Origin: Thermotogota bacterium
GTDB taxonomy: Bacteria > Thermotogota > Thermotogae > Petrotogales > Petrotogaceae
Length of the DNA stretch: 64,000 bases
Assembly (NCBI GenBank): GCA_051748045.1
Contig: JBNJGY010000004.1
Location: 15,309-79,308, forward strand
Reading direction: 5' to 3'
The position numbers were made by a program, and so were the translations under genes. Below the pieces are notes generated by a model that saw nothing but the letters and a program-made list of their open reading frames with translations, did not search any database and was not told the DNA's origin. Positions 47,271 through 56,131 of the stretch are shown here, one piece after another; position 1 is the first letter of the stretch; each line of letters starts with the position of its first letter.

Positions 47271-47852
47271 TTATAAGGTTTTTTGCATAATAGATTTTTC
47301 TAATATTTTATAAGTTATAGATGACTCATGCTCTACTAAAAGATCAATATTTTTGCCATATAATCTCTCATAAACCCTAATCAAATATAAGTTTACAAAC
47401 TTGGTAACCCTAGATGAAATAGCGTCTCTGTTCTTTCCAGGTAAATCTTTTGAAATATTTTCTATCCAATAATCATAATTAGCTAAAACATCTTTAGTTT
47501 TTATAAGAGTGTTAAAAGAACTAATAACATTTCTCAAACCTAAGTGTCTAGAAATAACTTCAACATGATCACCATAAAGATCTCTTACCTCATCAGAAAT
47601 AAAATCAACATACAGTGTTTTTAATGATTTTTTCTTTCTGAGATCTGTTTTTAGAAATCTTCTTATCCCAGATAAATCACCATTCTGTTCTGTAGCTATG
47701 AAATAAGAGATAAAACCAGAATTAGAGGATATTGAATCCTCTTCATCTGGTGATATATCTTTAAATATAATTGTATCATTATTTATAAATTCGTATTTTT
47801 CTGTAGAAAAATAATCGCCCTTATCTGTTAACATAAGGCATTCAAATTGCAT
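47271..47852 (-). CDS. Hypothetical protein
   Basis: 193 aa with SD, tightly packed in the operon. Confidence 0.75.
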   Translation of the reverse strand: MQFECLMLTDKGDYFSTEKYEFINNDTIIFKDISPDEEDSISSNSGFISYFIATEQNGDLSGIRRFLKTDLRKKKSLKTLYVDFISDEVRDLYGDHVEVISRHLGLRNVISSFNTLIKTKDVLANYDYWIENISKDLPGKNRDAISSRVTKFVNLYLIRVYERLYGKNIDLLVEHESSITYKILEKSIMQKTL

Positions 47853-47869
47853 TTTTCACCCTCTTTAAA

Positions 47870-49555
47870 TCATTGTTTGTTGATTAACTCAGAAACAGAA
47901 TTCTCAGCATCATCAATATATTTAAGCGCTTCTTCTTCATTTCTTCCTCTAACTAAAACATAAAATTTAATTTTAGGCTCTGTTCCTGAAGGTCTAGCTA
48001 TTAATTTAATATCTCCATATCTTAACTCTATTACATTTGATTTAGGTAAATTATTAATACCTTTATTGTAATCAACTGTTTCTTTTAGAGCATGACCAGA
48101 TATATTTATTGGTGGTTCTTTTCTCATGGTGTTTATTATATTTATTATTTTTTGTGAACCAGAATACCCTTCAAATTTAAAAGAGAACAATTTTTCTTTA
48201 TAATAACCATATTTTTCATTTAGTTCTTCCATATATTCTCTCAGATTTTTTCCTTGAGCTTTTAACTCTGAAGCGAGAGTAACAATAAGAGCGCTGGCTA
48301 TAACAGCGTCTTTATCTCTTGCGTGAGTATTTGCAAGATATCCATAACTTTCTTCAAAACCAAAAATAAATTTGTTTTCACCTGTAGATTCATACTCTTC
48401 AATTTTTTCTCCAATGAATTTAAATCCTGTTAACGTTTCAACAACTTTTACTCCATAGTCTTTTGCAATCTCTTTGATCATATCCGTAGATACAACTGTT
48501 TTTAAAATAACTGCATTTTTAGGCAAAGAAGCGTGTTCTTTCATTTTCGTGATGATAAAATGACTTAGCATAACTCCCATTTCATTTCCATTGAAAGTAG
48601 AATAATCATTACCATTTTTCTCAAAAACACCAATTCTATCTGAGTCAGGATCTGTCGCCATTACTATATCAGCATTTTTCTTTTTGGCCAATTCAATAGC
48701 CATTTTAAAAGCACTTTTCTCTTCGGGGTTCGGAGATTCAACTGTTGGAAAGTCTCCATCAGCAATAGCTTGTTCTTTTACAATATAGTTCTCAACATCT
48801 AATCTATTCAAGATTTCTTGAACCGGTTTTAGTCCTGTTCCATGTAAAGGTGTAAAAACTGTTTTTACATTAGCATCAAAAATAGGATCTAATGACCGAA
48901 TATATCCTTCTATTTCATCCATATAATCACTAAAAATGTTCTCTGATAAAATCTCTATCTTATCTGTTTCCACTGCATGATCAAAGTCAACTCTTTTCAC
49001 ATCAGCAAAAAAATCTAATACGTTTATTTCTTCAATGATTTCTTTAGCATATTTCGGAACAGCTTGAGTCCCATCACTTGTATATACTTTATAACCATTA
49101 TATTCTGATGGGTTATGACTAGCTGTTATGACAATCCCACCATCACACTCTAGTTTTCTTACAGCATAAGAAAGAATAGGTGTTGCAGTTAATTCATTAA
49201 ATAAATAAACGTTTATGTTATTTGCAGCTAAAACTTCTGATGCAATTTTAGAGAATTCTTTTGATTTATGTCTATTATCATAAGCTATAACTACAGAAGG
49301 AAAATCTTTTTTCATTTTTAAATAATTAGCTAATCCCTGAGTAGCTCTAGCAACGGTATGAATATTCATTCTATTTGATCCTACTCCTATTTTACCTCTC
49401 ATTCCACCTGTTCCAAATTCTAAATTTTTATAAAATCTATCTATAATTTCATTTTCCTGATCCTCTATCTTTAATAATTCATTCTTTAAATTCTCATCTG
49501 CTTTTTCTTTCCAAATAGCTTTTGTTTCATAAGCCCTTTTTTTAATATCTTCCAT
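47870..49555 (-). CDS. Phosphoglucomutase / phosphomannomutase
   Basis: FGTGGMRG, ITASHNP, DPDSDR, GFEESYG, RPSGTEPKIKFY. Confidence 0.93.
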   Translation of the reverse strand: MEDIKKRAYETKAIWKEKADENLKNELLKIEDQENEIIDRFYKNLEFGTGGMRGKIGVGSNRMNIHTVARATQGLANYLKMKKDFPSVVIAYDNRHKSKEFSKIASEVLAANNINVYLFNELTATPILSYAVRKLECDGGIVITASHNPSEYNGYKVYTSDGTQAVPKYAKEIIEEINVLDFFADVKRVDFDHAVETDKIEILSENIFSDYMDEIEGYIRSLDPIFDANVKTVFTPLHGTGLKPVQEILNRLDVENYIVKEQAIADGDFPTVESPNPEEKSAFKMAIELAKKKNADIVMATDPDSDRIGVFEKNGNDYSTFNGNEMGVMLSHFIITKMKEHASLPKNAVILKTVVSTDMIKEIAKDYGVKVVETLTGFKFIGEKIEEYESTGENKFIFGFEESYGYLANTHARDKDAVIASALIVTLASELKAQGKNLREYMEELNEKYGYYKEKLFSFKFEGYSGSQKIINIINTMRKEPPINISGHALKETVDYNKGINNLPKSNVIELRYGDIKLIARPSGTEPKIKFYVLVRGRNEEEALKYIDDAENSVSELINKQ

Positions 49556-49728
49556 GTTTCTCCCTCCCTGAAAAATAAATATTTATACATATAAAATTAT
49601 ACCATTAATATAATTTATATAAAAGAAATGATTTTTAATTAAGGGTATTTTGTTATTTTTAAAGAAATATTGATTAAAGGGATTTGTTGTATAATAGAAA
49701 TATATAAAACTTTGGGAGGATCTTATAA

Positions 49729-50790
49729 ATGAAAAAATATTTACTTTTATTATTGATATTCATGCTTACTTTGAGTGCTTTTTCTGAAAAAATCTATTTA
49801 AAAAATTTTGAAAATGAAGATATAATAATACATCTTTATATTGAAAAGCCCTCAAATCCTTTTGATAAAGGAAGTACTTTGAATTTCCCTGTGATAGAAA
49901 ATTTCAATTTATTTACAAATTGGTTTGGTGAAATTCCACAAGTATACAATTATTTTATTGAAATTATAAATAAAAGAGATCAAATAATCGATGTTTACTG
50001 GGATAACTCTAAAATAGAAGATGAGTTTGGAAATCAAGTAAGACCCATTCTTTTTAGACCGGTAAATTATTCTCCCTTTGAAGAACAAAACAATGCTGTA
50101 CTTTTTAAAGGTAGAAAAGTAAAGGAAGCATTTGTCCCTATAACGAATGTAGAAATGAAAAGTGATTATTTTGTAAGAGAAGATTCTTTTATAAGTAGAG
50201 AGAATCAAAAATATTCAGTATCTCCACTTGATTTTGATAATAAAGAATATAAATTGATAATAAACTATTCTTTCCCTGGAAACTCAAAAAATGCTGAGAT
50301 GAATTTCAACATGGATAAAAAACTTTTGAGAAGAGTTTCAAAAAAACAATTCCCATTCACGATTTTTGCTGGTTATGGAGTAGCCAATTTTAATCCAATG
50401 CCTACTGATCTGTATACATACCAAAATGCTTCTGGGGTAGAAGTATCCTTTAACTATAATAATTTATTTAATAGTTTTTTAGGAATAGGTTCCTCTTACA
50501 ATTACAACAGATATGCATTTATAGACCCAGACTCTACGCAGCAAACAACAGATTATGATTTCGATTCAAACTTGTCTTTATTTTTTATAGCTGATACTGG
50601 CTTTCTTAACTTAGAACTTGGAGCTAGTACTAATTTGTTAGCTTTGGATTCTGGTTTCCAACCAAATGACATAGGACTTCATATTGGAACAAATTTTAGA
50701 ATATTTAGAAATATATTTATAGGAGTCAGAGGGCAAGGATTTATAAACAATATAAATTTGATATCTTTATCTATAGGATATAATTTTTAA
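49729..50790 (+). CDS. Exported protein with a possible C-terminal outer-membrane beta-barrel
   Basis: Signal peptide; alternating beta-strand pattern in the C-terminal half, ending ISLSIGYNF. Confidence 0.7.
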   Translation: MKKYLLLLLIFMLTLSAFSEKIYLKNFENEDIIIHLYIEKPSNPFDKGSTLNFPVIENFNLFTNWFGEIPQVYNYFIEIINKRDQIIDVYWDNSKIEDEFGNQVRPILFRPVNYSPFEEQNNAVLFKGRKVKEAFVPITNVEMKSDYFVREDSFISRENQKYSVSPLDFDNKEYKLIINYSFPGNSKNAEMNFNMDKKLLRRVSKKQFPFTIFAGYGVANFNPMPTDLYTYQNASGVEVSFNYNNLFNSFLGIGSSYNYNRYAFIDPDSTQQTTDYDFDSNLSLFFIADTGFLNLELGASTNLLALDSGFQPNDIGLHIGTNFRIFRNIFIGVRGQGFINNINLISLSIGYNF

Positions 50791-50794
50791 CAAT

Positions 50795-50826
50795 AAAAGG
50801 TCTTAAACAATTGTTTAAGACCTTTT
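50795..50826. terminator. Bidirectional terminator
   Basis: Perfect 32-bp palindrome AAAAGGTCTTAAACAATTGTTTAAGACCTTTT. Confidence 0.8.
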
Positions 50827-51003
50827 TTATTCAGGTTTTTTTCTATTAACTAAAAAAATACCTATCAAAACTATTATAATTCCAACACCTTGCATAATAG
50901 TATTAAAAGAGTTAGTCATAATTCCATATTGAGGAAAAATTGAAAAAATAATGGTAACTATAATACCAATTATAACTACAAACATATATTTCCCATTTAT
51001 CAT
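50827..51003 (-). CDS. Small two-TM membrane protein (58 aa), not in the ORF track
   Basis: MINGKYMFVVIIGIIVTIIFSIFPQYGIMTNSFNTIMQGVGIIIVLIGIFLVNRKKPE; AGGAGG SD at 51011-51016; terminator directly after the stop. Confidence 0.8.
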   Translation of the reverse strand: MINGKYMFVVIIGIIVTIIFSIFPQYGIMTNSFNTIMQGVGIIIVLIGIFLVNRKKPE

Positions 51004-51069
51004 GTAATTACCTCCTGTAGACTACAATTTCAATAATTATTATACTATAAATTTGTAATTTAAGAAAAA

Positions 51070-51825
51070 TCAAATTTTACTGAGTATTTTTTCAAAACTT
51101 TTTTCTGTTAAAATCTCATTTGTAATAAATTTCCCATTATAAAATAAAGAATATGTAGTAAAAGGATTCGGAGCATTTTGCGCTTTTTCTTTATTATCTA
51201 TTTTTATAAGATTTATAATTATATCTTTCTTTTTTGCATTTTCAGCTAATTTCAAACCATATATTTCTGTAAATGGACATTGGTTTGTGTAGTATAAAGT
51301 CCATTCTTTAGAATTAATTACTTTTTCTTTAACACTTTCTTTGAATCTAGGTTTTTCATAGGCTTCGTCAAAAGGATAATATAATAATTCATAATAAGGT
51401 TTAGCTTTATCAGCAACCTTAAACCCCTTATATTTTAGATATTTTGGGTCAGATAAAAATGGTTTTTTCGTTTCAGAAGAAAGCACTACAAGACCTTTCT
51501 TATTCTTTCTTTTGGCATCTTCTATACAATAATTAATCAATTTATCTGCATTTCCTTTACCCTTATATTTACCTGATACCCAAAAACAATTAATGTACAT
51601 ATAACCATCCGCTTCAATAGGAGCCCAAGCATGTTCTGCTGGAATGTATTCAATAAAAACTTTTCCTCTAACATCTAATTTTGCAAAAACCAACCCTTCT
51701 TTTATTCTATCTTTTAACCAATCTTTTTTTGATTTTACTCTGTTTTCTCCTTTTTTGTCCGATATAGCACAACAAATATGCTCTTTTTCAATATTATCTA
51801 AACTTAACTCTACTATTTTATCCAT
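51070..51825 (-). CDS. GNAT N-acetyltransferase with YoaP-like C-terminus
   Basis: EHICCAI, RGKVFIEYIPAE.AW, INCFWVSG, QCPF, AQNAPNPFTTY.LFYNG.F.TNEI. Confidence 0.85.
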   Translation of the reverse strand: MDKIVELSLDNIEKEHICCAISDKKGENRVKSKKDWLKDRIKEGLVFAKLDVRGKVFIEYIPAEHAWAPIEADGYMYINCFWVSGKYKGKGNADKLINYCIEDAKRKNKKGLVVLSSETKKPFLSDPKYLKYKGFKVADKAKPYYELLYYPFDEAYEKPRFKESVKEKVINSKEWTLYYTNQCPFTEIYGLKLAENAKKKDIIINLIKIDNKEKAQNAPNPFTTYSLFYNGKFITNEILTEKSFEKILSKI

Positions 51826-51844
51826 AATGTACCCCCTTAACTTA

Positions 51845-51882
51845 TGAAAGAAACCTGGCATTAAAATGACAGGTTTCTTTCA
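51845..51882 (-). terminator. Long hairpin between the zinc-ribbon and GNAT genes
   Basis: TGAAAGAAACCTGgCATT-aa-AATGaCAGGTTTCTTTCA with one mismatch. Confidence 0.6.
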
Positions 51883-51890
51883 ATATTTTT

Positions 51891-52160
51891 TTAATTACTC
51901 TTTTTCCATCTTTTTAAAGTTGGAAAAAAATCTTTCATCATTTTTCTCGCTTCATCTTCTGTCATATCTTCATTAGCAGAAGCCATATGAGGTACACAAA
52001 ATTCAATCATTTCATTCATAGTAATATCTTGTGTAAATTCACCATTTTCATAACAGTATTTACAATAATCCTCATTTCTACTCCCATCACTATTAGTTCC
52101 ATATAGTTCTACTGTTTCTCCCATAGGCATACCACAACTTTGACAATATTTTTCTTGCAT
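51891..52160 (-). CDS. Putative zinc-ribbon protein
   Basis: CQSCGMPM...GTN.DGS.N.DYC.YCY.NG.F...FPTLKRW. Confidence 0.88.
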   Translation of the reverse strand: MQEKYCQSCGMPMGETVELYGTNSDGSRNEDYCKYCYENGEFTQDITMNEMIEFCVPHMASANEDMTEDEARKMMKDFFPTLKRWKKSN

Positions 52161-52206
52161 ATTTATTTCCCCCTTTTCATTGATATACTTCATTTATACC
52201 AATGCT

Positions 52207-52230
52207 AATATGACAACATCATGTCATATT
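52207..52230. promoter_or_regulatory. Candidate WYL-regulator binding site
   Basis: Perfect inverted repeat AATATGACA-N6-TGTCATATT upstream of the zinc-ribbon gene. Confidence 0.65.
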
Positions 52231-53130
52231 ATAATTCTTTCTTATTTTTTCTAATTCTTTTAAAAGATTTTCTTTGAGGAAATTGGGTTCTATAACTTCA
52301 GCATACACTCCAAAAGATAATAAATAACTATAAATCCAGTAATCATATGGAATATCTGCCTCAACAATTAAATTATCTTCTTCATCCTGACTAATAGATT
52401 TTGAGTCAAATTCATCATAGACTCTAAACCCTATAGCTTTTGAAAACTTTAATTTTATATGTATGGTATTTACTTTTAATGAATCATAATTATCAAATTC
52501 TGGTAAAGGTAAATAATCTGCCCTTTCAAATTTTTCCTCTTGATTATTATAATTTATTATCCTGCTCAGTCTAAAAGATCTAAAATCTTTTTTATTTTTA
52601 TCAAAGGCTTGCAAATACCATGCTTTAGATTTGTATATTAATTTCATTGGAAAAATTTCTCTCTTCGTTTTTTCTCCATATGAACTTAAATACTCAATCA
52701 AGATTATATTTTTGTTTAATATTGATTCTTTTAAAAAGTTAAAAAGCTCTCTATCTTTTTCTCCATTTGCCCACCTAGAATAATCGACTTCAATCCAATT
52801 AATATTTGAACTTTGAAAAATATTTGATAATTTGTCTATCAAGGAATTGTTTTCACTATCAAATAAAGTATTACTTTGAAGAGACATTAAAATTTTATTT
52901 TGTTCCTCATCAGATAAGATAGATTTATCTAAAATAAATTGCTCATCTAAAAATATACCTCCACCCTTACCTTTGTTTGTATAAATTGGAATCCCAGCAT
53001 AACTAAGGATATCAATATCTCTATATATAGTTCTAATAGAAACTTCAAATTTTTCTGCTAATATTTTTGCTGTTGTTTGATTTTTATTCATTAATATATA
53101 AATAATTTCAAATAATCTATTAATTTTAAT
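52219..53130 (-). CDS. YafY-family HTH-WYL-WCX transcriptional regulator
   Basis: LAEKFEVSIRTIYRDI HTH, AWYLQAF, RSFRLSRI, LLSFG..AEVIEP. The frame extends to ATT at 53130 with a G7 SD. Confidence 0.9.
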   Translation of the reverse strand: MKINRLFEIIYILMNKNQTTAKILAEKFEVSIRTIYRDIDILSYAGIPIYTNKGKGGGIFLDEQFILDKSILSDEEQNKILMSLQSNTLFDSENNSLIDKLSNIFQSSNINWIEVDYSRWANGEKDRELFNFLKESILNKNIILIEYLSSYGEKTKREIFPMKLIYKSKAWYLQAFDKNKKDFRSFRLSRIINYNNQEEKFERADYLPLPEFDNYDSLKVNTIHIKLKFSKAIGFRVYDEFDSKSISQDEEDNLIVEADIPYDYWIYSYLLSFGVYAEVIEPNFLKENLLKELEKIRKNYNMT

Positions 53131-53147
53131 ATATATCCCCCCCTAAT

Positions 53148-53171
53148 AAAAAAAGCGTTCAAAAAGAACGC
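53148..53171 (-). terminator. Terminator after the epimerase gene
   Basis: Minus-strand GCGTTC-ttttt-GAACGC followed by a T-run. Confidence 0.6.
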
Positions 53172-53179
53172 CCTTGAAA

Positions 53180-54166
53180 TTAAATAATATTTTTTTCTTT
53201 TAACCATTTTACAGTATCTGTTAAAGTTTCATTCATGTCACGAGTTGAATAACCTAATTCTGTTTTTGCCTTCTCATTTGAAAAAATAGAATTAGAATTC
53301 AAAGTATAAATTGAATATGGAGTATATAATGGTGGTTGTTTTAATATTTTATAATAAAATTCAGCAACAGGAGCCATTATTTTAATAAACCATAAAGGTA
53401 TAAAACTTTTTATTTTTTTCTTTCCAGTTATATCATAAAGCAAGTTAAGTATTTCTCTTACAGTAAAATATTTATTTGCTAATATATAGCATTCTCCTTG
53501 TCTTCCTCTTTCTACACAAGACAAAATCCCTTTCGCTACATCGCGAACGTCCACAAAATCATATCCCCCTTTTGTTCCAGCAACCAATTTCCCGTTATAA
53601 TAATCTTTAACCAAAGCGGTAACATGACCTCTTCCAAAATCATAAGGGCCACAAATTCCAGAAGGATGTACTATTGAAATATCAAAATCTTTTGAAGCTT
53701 CTAAAACATATTTTGTTGCTTCTGCTTTTGTTTTGGCATAATTACCTTCTACTTTATCAGGATCAAAATCTTTGGTTTCAGAAATAGTTACACCTTTTGG
53801 TTTTTCAGGAATAGCGTGAACAGAACTAACATATACAAGCTTCTTTGCTTTATATTTTTTACATAACTCAACAATATTTTTTGTTCCGTTGACATTAACT
53901 TCATACATTTTCTCACTATATTTAGATTTAATTGATATTATTCCCGCGCAATGAATAACAATTAACTGGCTATCAGAACTTTCAAAAAAACCATTTAAAC
54001 TTTCTTTATTGGTGACATCTCCATAAAAAATATCTATATCTTCAGGTATATTTTTCTCCCCCTGTAATATAAGACCTCTAACTTTTTTATTCATTTTCTT
54101 TAATTCCTTAATTATTGCACTTCCAAGATGTCCAGCTGCACCTGTCACCAAATAAACTTCTTTCAA
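53180..54166 (-). CDS. NAD-dependent epimerase/dehydratase (dihydroflavonol-reductase-like extended SDR)
   Basis: VTGAAGHLG, HCAG, VNVNGT.N, YVSS, YAKTK, VDVRDVA. Confidence 0.88.
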   Translation of the reverse strand: MKEVYLVTGAAGHLGSAIIKELKKMNKKVRGLILQGEKNIPEDIDIFYGDVTNKESLNGFFESSDSQLIVIHCAGIISIKSKYSEKMYEVNVNGTKNIVELCKKYKAKKLVYVSSVHAIPEKPKGVTISETKDFDPDKVEGNYAKTKAEATKYVLEASKDFDISIVHPSGICGPYDFGRGHVTALVKDYYNGKLVAGTKGGYDFVDVRDVAKGILSCVERGRQGECYILANKYFTVREILNLLYDITGKKKIKSFIPLWFIKIMAPVAEFYYKILKQPPLYTPYSIYTLNSNSIFSNEKAKTELGYSTRDMNETLTDTVKWLKEKNII

Positions 54167-54215
54167 AAAAAGCCCTTCTTTCAATCACTTATAATTAAAT
54201 TATACTCTTTTTTAA

Positions 54216-54635
54216 TTATTCTTTTACTTCATCTATGTTTTCTAAAATCAGCCAATCATCCATATTGCTTGTTCTTGTAAACTTAAATGGTTCTATTTCC
54301 TTTAAATCAGATATTTCTATCAAACATAAATATCTTTTCCCATTCCATCTTTTCAATTGTGCAGTTGTTAAATTAAGTTTATCCATATTTTTTTGTATAA
54401 GATTTTCAGATTCTTCCTTTGTCATTTTTTCAGAATTAAAAACATTCTTTACTACTGCAGAAGCTTTTATTTCACAACTGCCATCATTCTCAACTAAATA
54501 TATCTTTTCTCCTTTATTGACTCTTCCATAAGGTATTTTTCTACCAGCTGCGCCTCTAATCAACATAGTTTTTGACCCATCAAATATTTTATCTAACTCC
54601 TTTGCTTTCTTATCACAATAAGCAATATGTTCCAT
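54216..54635 (-). CDS. Hypothetical protein, ASCH/PUA-like fold suspected
   Basis: ATG 54635 after GGAG; DKIFDGSKTMLIR...VNKGEKIYL resembles the ASCH GxKxxxxR motif. Confidence 0.6.
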   Translation of the reverse strand: MEHIAYCDKKAKELDKIFDGSKTMLIRGAAGRKIPYGRVNKGEKIYLVENDGSCEIKASAVVKNVFNSEKMTKEESENLIQKNMDKLNLTTAQLKRWNGKRYLCLIEISDLKEIEPFKFTRTSNMDDWLILENIDEVKE

Positions 54636-54697
54636 CTTTCCATCTCCTTTTTTATTTCCCATCCATAGAAAATATTTTATTAAAATGATGTAATTAT

Positions 54698-55231
54698 TCA
54701 CAAGTTAACAATTTTATTCTTTTTTAGTAATTCTAAAATTTGATTGTAAATTATCTCGATATCTTTTTCAGTGATTTGATAATCAGATGTTTCCTGAGAA
54801 GTTGGTTTTTTAGCTGTGTTCATCAAATCTACTTTTTGAAAATCTTTTTGAATATCAGGATATTTCCCTGTTCTTTTCTTCAATTCTTTTTGAATTTTTG
54901 GATTTGGTCCCATAGCTCCACCACTAATAGAAAAAAAAGAATATTTTTTTCCATTATTTTTTACATAACTCAAATAATTTCTCATCGGTGACGCCACCTT
55001 CCCCATCCAAATAGGGGATAAAAATATTATGTAATCATAACTGTTCATTTTTTCTGGATTTGGAGATGTTTTAGGCTTTCTTCCAAAAAGCATATCCAAA
55101 ATTATCTTGCCAATTTTTCTTTCTTCTGTTTCCTTGATAACAATATGCTCAAACCCTAGCTCTCTAGAAATTTTTTCTCCTAATTTATTGTTATTACCAG
55201 TTAGTGAATAAGAAAATATACCTATTTTCAT
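54698..55231 (-). CDS. Flavodoxin-like protein
   Basis: YSLTGNN phosphate loop, YDYIIFLSPIWMG. Confidence 0.8.
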   Translation of the reverse strand: MKIGIFSYSLTGNNNKLGEKISRELGFEHIVIKETEERKIGKIILDMLFGRKPKTSPNPEKMNSYDYIIFLSPIWMGKVASPMRNYLSYVKNNGKKYSFFSISGGAMGPNPKIQKELKKRTGKYPDIQKDFQKVDLMNTAKKPTSQETSDYQITEKDIEIIYNQILELLKKNKIVNL

Positions 55232-55243
55232 AAAAATCCCCCA

Positions 55244-56008
55244 TTATTTTTTTGCTATTTTTTTACCAAAATAATCAAATAATTTCCCAAAAGACTTTTT
55301 AATTGGGCCTAATTTCACTTCATAATAATAGTCTGACTCAAACCACCCTACCTTTTTAAAATATTTATAATCATACATTTTATTCTCTGAGAACTTTAAT
55401 GCATTTCTTGTCATTCTAAACATCATCAATCTAAATAGAGATGGTTTTGGTTGTTTTTTTCTATCAATATCTTTATTAAACCTTTTAGCCAAATTGATCA
55501 TTTCTTTTTTCATTTTTTCTTCCTGTGAATCTGACATAGGCTCTAAACTCGTAATACAAACTCCCTTAACAAGATTAAACCCAAGGTTTAATCCAGTTGT
55601 TTGTAAGTATTTTAATATTTTTGACCCTCCAAAAACTCCTTGAGTAACTACAACGGTATAAGTCTTGCCAAAAAATCGTGGTCTATGAAAAATATAGGCT
55701 ATTCTGTCAATAAAATTCTTCATCACTCCAGAAACTCCAAAAGCGTAATTGGGTGATGCGAATATTACCCCATCAGATTTTTCTAGTTTTGCCAACAATA
55801 CATTTCTATCATCATTTAACGGGCAAAATTCTTCACCTTTATCAAAACAAAATTTGCACCCCTGACACATTTTTATATCATAGTCATTCAAAAAAACATA
55901 TTCAAAATTGTAATTTTCATATTTTTTTAGCGATTTTTCAAACTCTTCAATTGCTTTAAAAGTAGTTCTTTTTCTAGCAGAACCTATTATAGCTGTTATT
56001 TTTTTGAT
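55244..56008 (-). CDS. Iron-sulfur flavoprotein / NAD(P)H-FMN reductase family protein
   Basis: CQGCKFC-x7-C, SDGVIFASPNY, MKNFIDR. The frame extends 39 codons upstream of the track start to ATC 56008 and adds AIIGSARK. Confidence 0.85.
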   Translation of the reverse strand: MKKITAIIGSARKRTTFKAIEEFEKSLKKYENYNFEYVFLNDYDIKMCQGCKFCFDKGEEFCPLNDDRNVLLAKLEKSDGVIFASPNYAFGVSGVMKNFIDRIAYIFHRPRFFGKTYTVVVTQGVFGGSKILKYLQTTGLNLGFNLVKGVCITSLEPMSDSQEEKMKKEMINLAKRFNKDIDRKKQPKPSLFRLMMFRMTRNALKFSENKMYDYKYFKKVGWFESDYYYEVKLGPIKKSFGKLFDYFGKKIAKK

Positions 56009-56088
56009 GGTAATCCCCCCATTTTATTGCTTTTTTCTAAAAGAAATCACATTAATATATTATAACAAATAAATAAACAATATATAAT

Positions 56089-56122
56089 AAAAAATCTCAT
56101 TCAAAGTTGAATGAGATTTTTT
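56089..56122 (-). terminator. Terminator after the P-type ATPase
   Basis: AAAAAATCTCATTCAA-ag-TTGAATGAGATTTTTT. Confidence 0.8.
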
Positions 56123-56131
56123 CTATTCATA

